NCBI GenBank assembly: GCA_024704765.1
Contig: JAKMXF010000255.1
Coordinates: 372,001 to 436,000 of the forward strand
Direction of reading: 5' to 3'
DNA: 64,000 bases
Origin: Oopsacas minuta
Lineage: Eukaryota > Animalia > Porifera
Made by a program: the position numbers and the translations under genes. Under the pieces are notes generated by a model. The model did no database searches. It had not been told where the DNA came from and was given only the letters and a program-made list of their open reading frames with translations. This document shows, in pieces, positions 38,309-49,700 of the stretch. How positions within the stretch are numbered: position 1 is the stretch's first letter; every line of letters begins with the position of its first letter.

Positions 38309-39780
38309 CTTTGTATTTGGAATAAAAAATTGAAAAGATTTATTGAAAATTGTTAGAATTGTAACCCAAAGTTGAACTCATTATAACAGCAGTAGTATTT
38401 ATACTGTTTGAGCATACTAGCTAGCTAATAGATGTGTAATTATCAACACTTCGTAGAGCGAGAATCTACTATATTATAACTGTGTAGCTAAAAAACTGCA
38501 GGATAATAAAAACTAAAAATTAAAATACTTACGAATTAATTAACAAAATTCATATGCTTCATTGAACCAAACCTTTGCTAAAAAGTCTTCGAGATCAATT
38601 ATACGAATCTTTTAATTAGTGTCAATTTACTATCATATTTACACACCTTCTGGATACGCAATTGTAACAAATTCGTTCCAGCCAGGTTCTCCAAATTAGT
38701 TTCGAAGATCAATCGATTTGTTCTTTGATATATTCGCATTGCGGAGTGAAAATGCATTATTCATGAAATGTGTCCCGACTAAGCGGTTGTCTCAATTAAC
38801 CGAGTTGAATGTTCATAATTGAAAAGTATCTTATTGGAAATATGATATATATTTGAAATCAAAAATATGGAAAAACATGCCATAACGAAGATAAAAATGT
38901 GATTGTACTGAAACAAATAATGTCAATAAAATGAAATTCGTAAATAAATTCACAAATATGATAAAGAAACAAAGTAAGGACAATATAGCAAAGTTGTGGT
39001 CAGCCCTAATCTATCTACCCGCACCCTGATAACTAGCAATTTTTGTTGCAGGTGGAGAAAACAAATTTCGGAAAATATTCCAACATAGCACTCACTATTG
39101 CAAGTCTGATTTCTATAATATTATACCAGGGATAGTAGGCCCAGACGGATAATAGAGAACATTATCATCAGTGAGAACTTTGAACAGTTACGGTAATACT
39201 CGGATAAGGCGTACACAATACGTACAACTTCTTCCATACAAAACTGTATATCCCATTCATTTCAATACAATCCCATTTCGGATAAGACATATCCTCGATA
39301 GTACGTAGTAATTTTCGTTTCCCGAAGGGGTGATCTTATCCTAGTTCCATCGTAGTAAGAAGATAAAGAAATCAAGAAGTACATTTTGAGAAAATGGCTA
39401 ATTGAGAACAAGGGCCGGATATAGAAGTGGCATTGATGAAGCCACACAAAAAACCCACGTCGACATTTTCGTCATCCGGAATATGGAACTAAAACTGAAA
39501 GAATGTGGAAATATCCAAATTGAATTAAGGAAAACATTTCAAAACAATTTTAATCTAACGACCGTTAGGAATGTGGCAAAGATCAATCAAAAGTTGATTC
39601 AAATATGCATTTTTGGACCAATAAAATTGTTGTCAAAGCAAAGATAAATTTGCACAATATAGCTACCATAAATGGCAGAAGGAATGGACACTATATTTAG
39701 TAATTAATTGTCAGACGGTTAAGTATTTCAATTCAGCAGCCACTAAATGTACAATTTCAATGGGAAAAAGCAACTGATAG

Positions 39781-40608
39781 TCATTGCTGTTTTCCTGATC
39801 CATTCCATAACTGGCGTAATTCAGCAGCTACACTTGGGTGTAATAGAGTAGCTAAACCTTCATACTGTTTCATAGCAATAGATTTTCTAATGAGTGTTGA
39901 GCTTATATCAACATCGTTCGCATGCTCAATTAAGAATACCTTTTCCTCCCATTGTTTCTCAGTGCTTATTTTCGGCCAATTTAATGGAGATGAGTTTGCA
40001 TTATTTTTCCTTTGAATCACTGCTAAGCCCAAATTTTCCATTGGAAACTTTGGATAGAGATTATAAGGCAACATATCTTCTCCCAGTAACATTAATAATT
40101 TGCATGCACGTACTTTATATTTCAAGCACAACCAATCAAAAAATGATTGTCTCATTCGGATAATATCGATAAAAGTCATGAAATTTGGAGCCAACGGTTC
40201 GAAGAGGTCTTGTTCCACGATACAATGGTCATTGATAGCTAAGTTAATAAGTTTAATTCTTGTATAGACATCTAGCCAGAATTTTACTTCTCCTTTCCTT
40301 TCCAATTTAGCTTTTAAATACTCGTCATGAGAAGCAGACAGGAGGGAACCTACTACCTCAGCATTGAAGTTATCTTCTATGTATTTTCTAGCTATCTCGT
40401 GCATTTCTATATGCATTTTGTGTATAGGACAATAAGCACCTGTTGTAATTAGGATAATAGGGGTTTTGTCAGGTGGACATTTCTGTATGCGTTCTAGAAT
40501 GTTCTTTGTGGGGGTCAATGGTTCTATGAGTTCAAAATTATCTTTAGACCAATTCGGATAATTCGTAACATTCTCCAGACTGGAATCCAATTCAATTTGA
40601 TCAGCCAT
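39781..40608 (-). CDS. Nicotinamide/nicotinate mononucleotide adenylyltransferase-like, paralog A; intronless
   Basis: HxxH nucleotidyltransferase motif ITTGAYCPIHKMH, plus VVGSLLSASHDEY, RIKLINLA, LLGEDML and ISSTLIR. The likely start is MADQ at 40608. Confidence 0.85.
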   Translation of the reverse strand: MADQIELDSSLENVTNYPNWSKDNFELIEPLTPTKNILERIQKCPPDKTPIILITTGAYCPIHKMHIEMHEIARKYIEDNFNAEVVGSLLSASHDEYLKAKLERKGEVKFWLDVYTRIKLINLAINDHCIVEQDLFEPLAPNFMTFIDIIRMRQSFFDWLCLKYKVRACKLLMLLGEDMLPYNLYPKFPMENLGLAVIQRKNNANSSPLNWPKISTEKQWEEKVFLIEHANDVDISSTLIRKSIAMKQYEGLATLLHPSVAAELRQLWNGSGKQQ

Positions 40609-41673
40609 TAACAATATTAATTAATAAAACTATGGATAAGTAGGAATTCTATGAAAGTAAACTTAAGTAATTAACATCAATACGTATATAGAAGCTCGCT
40701 TACGTTTGTTCGTCCGTTGGTGTTCGTATTAACGAGGTTCCACTGTATTTTTGTTGATTTATTATTGAGGGAATAATTTTTAGATATTTAATAATATAAT
40801 GTCTAACTTTGAAATTATCCGATTTTATCCGGAAGTAGTGATACAGAACCAAATTTTCATATTTTTTATCAAATATCCTGTGAACTATATGCGATTGAAA
40901 ATCAATTATTTATCACAGTTGCGAAAATAATCAAACTCTGGTGTACATTATTTACAACTTAAGAATTAGATTTTGTTATTACTTCATTTTCAGATTACTC
41001 AATGCTAGTATTCGGGCGAATAAATGCTCATTACAAGAAAATAATGATTGTTATGTTTGTAAGGAAATAAATTTGATCATATCACATTATTATGAATCTT
41101 GATGAACTTGTTAAGTAACAACCATAGTGTAATATAGTGTCATGCAATAAGAGATTTGGTACAAGAAGCCGTAATTATTATTAAGATCATTATTGTAATT
41201 ACACAATTATAATAAGATGTAGAGTGAAAATAGTTAGGTGAGTATGAATTCACCAGGACACTAGGATGAAAAATAGCAGTGGACAATATTCGTAGTAGAC
41301 ACATACAAAAATTGTCCACATCAGTATAGCACTTTTTGAATTTATCTATAAGATAATATTAGGCAATATAATAATTTTAAAACTAATGAAATGTTACCAT
41401 ACTCTTACAAAATTCATATATTAGCTAAATCATCCATTTTTAAACATATGCATTTATAAATCTACGTGCATAACTTGAGAAATATGACTAGTCAATGAAT
41501 GAAAATATAAAATGTGTATGTAGAATAAGCTAAGAAAGATCTACCAAAATGTTGTGTTTGATTTTGAGCAGGTAGATATGAAAGTACAGTACTTGCAAAT
41601 AGTGCATATATATGTTATTGATGACCTCAGTTCATCAAATTTAAGCCTGACTTTCATTCATCTATAATTTGTA

Positions 41674-41728
41674 TATGTCACCGTCCATATTGAGTATCCG
41701 CCAAATACTCAATTTGGACGGTGACATA
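41674..41728. repeat. 24-bp-arm hairpin with one mismatch and a 7-nt loop
   Basis: TATGTCACCGTCCATATTGAGTAT-ccgccaa-ATACTCAATTTGGACGGTGACATA. Confidence 0.85.
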
Positions 41729-42452
41729 GACGATTCACACTTAAACTTGCTTATGTAAATGCAGATGCACAAATCAATCGAAGATGTTTGCACGATTTTA
41801 GCTTGTTTTGTTAAGTAAGATGTACTACTGTTGTATGCCATAACCCAATTGGTTATTGAAAAAATTGTAAAGATTCATTCCAATCGAACAATCAACAAAT
41901 AAAAGCGGAATTAACACACAGCTCATTAAATAATTATAGGATAATTTTTTGATGACATTGAATCTAACCTGAATCTATGAAATATCGCAATTTCTTGGCT
42001 ATTGCGTAATTACAGGAAAACTATTAATCATCTTTGGACAAAATCTCAAAACATAAGTTTGGATCTACTCTGAGATGACCGTATGATATCAAATCATGAA
42101 ACTCATAAACGAAATAGATACGTACTAGTCAAAATACCTAGCTATAAGCAAACATAACATTAGATGTGGAAAAGGACAATGGATCATATACTTATATTTG
42201 TTTTTGAGTGCCATGAAGTGTCATGTTAACACTGCCATTGAGGTAGTAGCTATCCCTGTATCTAATTCCCATTACATAGCTAATAAATAAATAAATAATT
42301 CACTAATAATACATATCTAGCAAAATATGATACGATGGGAGCTGAACAAAATCCTGTATACCAATTGTATAAATTCTCTTCAAGTGACTTTACAAAACAT
42401 CACTATTCATTATAAGGTTAATCGTCTCGCGAACTATACAGATAAAAAAGAT

Positions 42453-43268
42453 CTAATTGTCAGGGTTATCAATCCAAAGTTTGATCAGTTCAGTAGCTAC
42501 CTTTTCAGGTACCATTTGTTTTAACGTATCTATATCATTATCAGCAGCAGCAAGTCGTATACGGGTGGAGCTTACTTCTAATTCTTTCTCCGTCTCGATT
42601 AGGAATACGTGTTCATTCCATTGCTGTCTTTGGTCTAGTTTAGGCCACCGAGATTTGAATCTGGATGATCCCTTTCTCCTGATCAGGGCCAATCCTATTC
42701 CAGCTGGTGGGGGATACAGGTGACACTTTAACATGTCCTCTCCAACCAGCATCACAACTAGAGGAGGGGGTAATTGGTGCTTATCACATTCCCAACTGAA
42801 ATAAGCATTTCTATTAGACACTACATATCCAAAGTCAATGAATCGACTCGCTTTAGCTTCAAATAAGTCCTGCTCTATGCATGGGTAATCATGTAGAGCT
42901 AAGTTGATTAGTTTTATTCTAGTGTTAGCGTCTAGCCAGAATTTCTGAGGATATGAGTAAGTGATTTTAGCTTTAACATACTCGTCATGAGAAGCAGACA
43001 GGAGGGAACCTACTACCTCAGCATTGAAGTTATCTTCTATGTATTTTCTAGCTATCTCGTGCATTTCTATATGCATTTTGTGTATAGGACAATAAGCGCC
43101 TGTTGTAATTAGGATAATAGGGGTTTTGTCAGGTGGACATTTCTGTATGCGTTCTAGAATGTTCTTTGTGGGAGTTAAATAGCGGAGATGTTCAAAGTTT
43201 AATTTAGATGAGTCTGACCAGTGAGGAATAATACTAATATCTACATCTCCTGTTTTGGCTTCAGCCAT
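42453..43268 (-). CDS. Nicotinamide/nicotinate mononucleotide adenylyltransferase-like, paralog B; intronless
   Basis: Same motifs: TGAYCPIHKMH, SASHDEYVKAK, LVGEDML, VSSTRIR. The likely start is MAEA at 43268. Confidence 0.85.
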   Translation of the reverse strand: MAEAKTGDVDISIIPHWSDSSKLNFEHLRYLTPTKNILERIQKCPPDKTPIILITTGAYCPIHKMHIEMHEIARKYIEDNFNAEVVGSLLSASHDEYVKAKITYSYPQKFWLDANTRIKLINLALHDYPCIEQDLFEAKASRFIDFGYVVSNRNAYFSWECDKHQLPPPLVVMLVGEDMLKCHLYPPPAGIGLALIRRKGSSRFKSRWPKLDQRQQWNEHVFLIETEKELEVSSTRIRLAAADNDIDTLKQMVPEKVATELIKLWIDNPDN

Positions 43269-43767
43269 TAGGACTGGATTAGAAAAGTATATCATAACTA
43301 TTTGTCATGTATAAAAGGCAAGGAGGATCTTCTACAACTAATAGTGTACGGGCAACTATACGATTTACTAGAAATTGTTTGGGCGTAGGCTTTTACAAAA
43401 ACAATATCAGTGCTATGACGATTAGCCTGACAAGCCTCATTTCGTTTACCATGCCATTAATTAATGGTCCCCACACTTTTTTAATGGTCCACTTAAATAT
43501 TTGAGACAAAGCATTGCAACGAATCAACTGATAATTGAAATCTAAATTTGAGTTAGCTTAAATGCTAAAAGTAGGCAACTTTTATAAAATTTGTCCAATT
43601 TTGAATGAAACAATTCAAATAAATTCCAAACGATAAATAATAATTCACTTGACTTGTGATGGCAATGGATTGGTGAGGACACTACTTACTTGTTAATTTT
43701 GGGCTTACAAATGAATGATGCTTTTTCAATAATTTGTATTACAAACCATTAGATAATTATTTGATAA

Positions 43768-46700
43768 ATGCTAACTGAATGCGAATGGACATCAGCAGCA
43801 GTTATCCCACAGCTAGAGCAAGAGAAATCTACACTAGGAGAAGCAGAACAGCTGATAAACCAGCTAACACATATCCTATCTAAGAAACCACCATACAAAA
43901 TAGACAAAATAAACAAGACAGTATTAAAGATAGAAGGTTGTGCTATACCGGTAGATGAAGATAATACTCATCCTATATTTGTAGAGGCAGCTGAGCTAGT
44001 GAAGAGATGTGCTAGAGACATAGCTGGTACTCGAGCAGCTGTTAGGGTGGAGCAGAGAGTAGCAAAGGAATATAGAGAGGGGATAGATAAGCTAAGGAGG
44101 AGGAGATTGAAAGAGATGGGGGGAGAGGTACAGAGGGAACACGAAACATGTCTAGCTAATATACTAGAATTACAATGGCATGTGTCTTATACAGAGAGAA
44201 AGCTAGAGGCATTGAGAGATAAAGTTAGGAAGAAAAGGAGACAACATTCTCTGTTGAAAGAATCAGAAGATCATATGACAGAGCATTCTCCTCTAGCAAG
44301 AGAGAAGGTATAGTTATATCGAAATATGAAATTGTATAAATACGTATGGTTCCAAACCCTCAAAGTAACACAAAAATCATTGGTTATATTCAACTGCGCT
44401 CATATCTAAGTGATTATCATTTATCACAAACATCGCTGACTATAATAATTTCTATAGTACTAACCATGGATAATAAGATAATTATTCTACTGAAATGTAC
44501 TGTTTACATTTACAGAGTGTCTACTTTAGGGAGAAGCAGAAATAGCTCTCTCTACTGTCATGCAGGAAGAACTAGCTAATACAGAGACTGAAATAGAGGC
44601 TAGGGATGGAGTTAGAAGAGAGAAGAGAGACATATGGAAGAGTGAGCAGATACAAGCTGAGAGAGTGAGAGATGAGATGTTAGCTGAGAAGAATAAACTA
44701 GAAGGAGAAATGAGTCAAGCTACAGGCGAGCTTAGGGAAGCTGATGAGATAGCTAAGCTACTGAAGGATGAGATTGAGGGAAGTATAACTCAGAGAGAAA
44801 ATAACGAAAGGTAAATATTTCGAGAAATTGTAAATTGCATATCGAACTCTTATAAATTTTATGGTCGAAAAATTCGTCCCTGTTTACGCCTATTTAACAA
44901 GTGGAAGCTAATCTCTAGGATAATTTTAAAATGTTGACCAAAAGGTGTCAAAATATTAATCATATGATAAATCAGTGTATATATATTTAATAGAATGTAT
45001 TGGCCAATAGAATTACAGTCCACATCAATGCGAATACATTACAGTGTTAATTAAATTACAAACACTCCATCAGAACTAATTTTATGCATTTATGGCTAAT
45101 TGTAAACCCTACAACCTGATTGGACTAAAATACAAGTGTCAAAAGGTGTGAAAATATACACATTATAAATTTTGCAAATGTCAGGTGCCAACTACATGTC
45201 ACTACGAGTACACATGCCAAATTTGGTGTCTTAATCTCTAAAGGTGTGAACAGCAGAGCGAAAACATGAAATTTCCCTCTATAAGTGGGGAATTCTATGA
45301 TAAATTCCTTGGATAATCAATTTTGTGGTAAATTCGGAAAGAAACACGTATTTATCGCTATGATGAATTTAAATTTTTGGGTTCTCACAAGAAATTTCTT
45401 ACAATTTTATATTCAACAACCTTTGGGCATATTATTATAAATATAATCAAATATCATTGAAAGAACAGTCGTTAGAGGAAGTGGTTATACATAAGACTCA
45501 AATATCTCTCGTTAAAGGACATTTAAATTTTTGAAATAATTAAGGGGACTGGGGGGGTTATCAGGAGATTCTCCGGACTGACCTCCCCATCTAATCAGAG
45601 GTTCTACTGTAGTAGTATTAGTCGGCACAATAAAAATAGCAAAAGCTAAACTATAAAAAATAATAGAAATATTTTTAGAAATAAATAGATTATTGTAATC
45701 CTGACTTTTTGGCGCTCAGATCCTTCTCATGATCCATAAAATGAGTTCCATCTCCCTCAGTAATCCCCACTCCTTTAAACTTCAATACAGCACTATCATC
45801 CCATCTATCTAACGGTGAATAACAAGGATGATGATGTGGGATATAAGGATTATTGCTCTTAGTGTTATAGCAACATATAAGCGACCATCTAGGATAGTTA
45901 CTCTTGTTCTGAGCACTAGCATGTAGAGTATTACAATGTAAAAATAATGTATCACCCGGGTTACATAGGATAGGATATTTCTTGAATCTAGATTTAGATT
46001 GTTCTACTCTATTCATGTCAGCACCTGCTTGCTCACCAGTAAGGGTGTGACTGATACGTCCCATATTATGGCTACCCTCCAGTACCTAGACATATTGTAA
46101 AGTGTAAACACCGATTAATTGGACTAAATATGGTAAGACAGAGTGCAGTTACAATTTCACCGAAAATAGAAATTTTCTCAAAGGGCTGGGAATGAATTCA
46201 TTCCTGGAAAACACTCAAATGAGCACTCAAAATACGCAATAATAAGAGCTCTACAGTGTAACAGCCACAAACGGAGAATTTGGCAGAAACGTGGAAACGG
46301 GTTCATGTGGAGGTTGCACTGTATTATAATTCTCCAAGGTTTCAAAAATATAGATTCATTCCGCAGTAAATAGCTCTATATAAATTTCGGGTTATTCACC
46401 TCTACATTAATCATCCATAACTGTTAACTCTACATAAACTTACTTGCAGACATCCATTCTCCTCTGTATGGGTATCAATAGCTACCATAACAGATATCAT
46501 TTTAGGGAACAGACATCCATTATTATACCAGTACCCATAATCTTGATGCCACTCCCATGCTCCTCCTACCTTAGGCTCCTTAATCATAACCTTAGAATGG
46601 TAATGATATGCTTCTTCTCTCTCAGCTGATAATCCATGAGAATATCCGCTCAATAAAGTCTCTACATTGTCTATAATCCGAGCTGATCTGGCTACAGCTC

Positions 46701-49700
46701 CGTACAAGTTAATCCCAGGGTGATTCCAGAGACTAAGTTTACTGTAGAAGCCCTCTGAATCAAGCCTTGTGTGAGATCTACCCGTTACTATGACGTCATT
46801 CTTTATAGTGGAGAAGAACACATCCATCTCTTCTGACGTGAACAATCCATTCTTGACGAGGTATCCTGTCTTGTGGTATCGTGTTATCTCTTCTTCTGTT
46901 AGGAGGTTATGAGGTAGAGTGCTAGAGGTCTTGTCTCTCTTACCAACTGGTCCATCTGTACACTCTAATGTGTAGCTTTCTAATTGTGCTGTCATCTACT
47001 AAATACCGCGATTTGAAAGTTCTATCAATGTATGTATGAATAAATTTACCATCCAAATAGTTCGTATAATAGCAAATTTGTGTATTTGCAGGAAAACTCA
47101 TGCTAAATACGATTGCAATGCGAGGAAAACTCATAAGAGCAAGCTCTCTATAAACTTATAAACTGAAAGTATTAATTTTGCAGTAAAATAATAATTCCCA
47201 TTAATCTATCTAATTACAGTATATCACATCTGTTACAACAAATAATCACAAGCCGTATTACTTCCCTGTTCGTGATACAATCCAGTCACTGGAACAGAGA
47301 GGACATTTGTCTGAGTGCTGCATCCATAGTGCCATACAACAGTTATGATATGAGTGATTACACTCTCCCCATACTACGACACATTCCTCTTGTTTTCCAT
47401 CTGTTTGACAGCGAAGACAGGCGTCCATGACGTGATGCTTACATATAGCACATGTATCACATGACACGTCCCAGCTCCACATAGCTACTGCATTCCATCT
47501 CTTCAGTACAAACATAGGTCCTTGATGCTTCTCCTTCTTCTTTATTTGAGGACTGGGATTAGGAGTGCTTACTACCATCTTTTCTGCCATGTCTAATTAG
47601 AGCTAGTTTCTATAGATCACAAAATGTAAAATAATCAGAGTAAAGGATTTCTAGCAACAGTATTTAGCTGTATATGAAGTACTATTATAAGGAAATTAGA
47701 TGAGAATGGTCAAAATAATGTGATGCTCGGATCTCGGAGGTTCTATGAATCATTATTGATACTGAAATGTAAGTTACACTGTACCCCAGTTTTCTAAGTA
47801 CGTGCTCGTTGGTATTAATTTGTCTACACGGAAAACACCCCTTAGATAGTTAGGTGTATATTCCATTTCAAGGGGAGCTATTAAACACGGCACGGTATTG
47901 TCTATGACGTATGATTATGCATAAATATAACTAAAGAGAAATACGATATGTTGTATGCAGTTTGTTACTGTTTCTTAGACAACCAAAAATGTTTAATAGC
48001 TAATAAACTAGTGGCCTAGAAATTACATAAAATAAGTAAACTGATAACAATGATGGCTAATACAGAGCTGGAATTATTGGAAACAGAGACTAGAAAGAGA
48101 CTCATAAGTACTATCTCAGAACCTTATGGATTATTGATATTAAAGTTATGTAAACAACTTGAGTCAATGGAAGATTGCAAACCAAAGACAATCGACAAAT
48201 TAAAGAATCTGCTTTTTGAAAATTGTTACGTCACACAATTTTCCGCTCCCTTCAAATTGTTAACCCAGTGCAATGATAAAACTGTTCAACTCAAAACTGG
48301 CAACAAATTAATACCTAAAGTATTCACGTATTATGAATGTGTTAAAACAGGTGATGAAGTATGGAAAATATCATTTCATAGCATATACGAATATCTACGA
48401 CACAAAATAAACGCGTTTCCCTTAGAAATTGATGAGAGTACCTATTCTAAGATAACTTCAGCAGTAGAAGATATGATTGAAACAATGGTAGCCAATAAAA
48501 CGGAACCTCAAACAACCAAAAACAAAGCTAAATTAAGAGAAACACTAATCAGAAAATGTATTCTTACCAGCAGCATTGATCCACTAGTTCTTGTACACAA
48601 CTTACAAGATACCGGTTACATTGACATTAGCTTGGCAGGTGAAGTTAAATATAATTTGGATGGGATAGAGTGTGGAGAATTTAACCTTAATACTCCTAAT
48701 TCATATGAATTATATCTACTGAGTATTGTAAGCAAACTGAAAATAATTCAGGAACTACCAAAAACAGAACAAGCTCTGGTAAACGTACTTAAGCCATTCA
48801 CACACATTATACAGGCAGTACAGCTAAGCGATATAGTGGGTAAGTACCCTCAATTTAAATGTCTACTTAAAAAAATCGTCAAAAGAGAGTTTCGTCTTGA
48901 CAGAGAAAGTTGGTTTGAGAATTCATCTGAGATAAAGAAACAGAGTAAAGGTAAAGTAATAAGACATGGCCGTGGTCATGGTAAGCTCAAAAAGTCAATT
49001 AATAATCAAGCAATAAACCAAACTCGATTTGATGTTCTATTGAGATCTAACGAAATAATTGAGAAAATGAGCAGAAAATGGAATGCTCCTCTGAGCCCTA
49101 ACAACGAAGAGGAGGGGATCAGACGAGTATCTGAGTGGATGGAGGGTAGAATTTCATATTTTGGTAAAGGTAATACTTCTAGTTCATTAATATTAATACA
49201 ACAAGCAATGCAATGCAGTTTGTATAGAAAACTAATCCCTGCTGATATTATAATACAGAGATTGGAGGAGTATGGAATTATACGTGTACAAGGCCAAGGT
49301 AACGGAATAGAATATGATTTTACCGAACTAGATAACTTGAGTGCAGCTGAGATGGAAATTAACAACATTCTTAAGGCAGATGCTAATTGTATAGCTGCTT
49401 TCAGGATGAAGTTAGCTATTGAAGGGAAACATGAGAAGTTGGGGAGAAGTTATAGAGGAAAGAGGAGGAGCAGTAAGAGAGGCATGTGTGGGAGAGGCAG
49501 AGGAAGGGGTAGGAGGTCGAAAAGAGCGAAATATTGACGAAGGAAACGTCAATTGTGAATGTATAACTATACCTGACTACCAATATATTTTAAAATATTC
49601 CCTTAGTTTTTGTGTTCGCTTATTAATTCAGATTGCCGTGGGAATGGGAATAAATTTCATTCCCACGACAACCCTGCTTATTATTGCAGTTTCTCTATAG

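Noticed and set aside
39190-39647. ORFs 39262-39447 and 39402-39647
   Set aside because: They overlap a MITE-like relic (CGGATAAG.../CCCTTCGGGAAAC, similar to 12264-12320) and show no coding signature.
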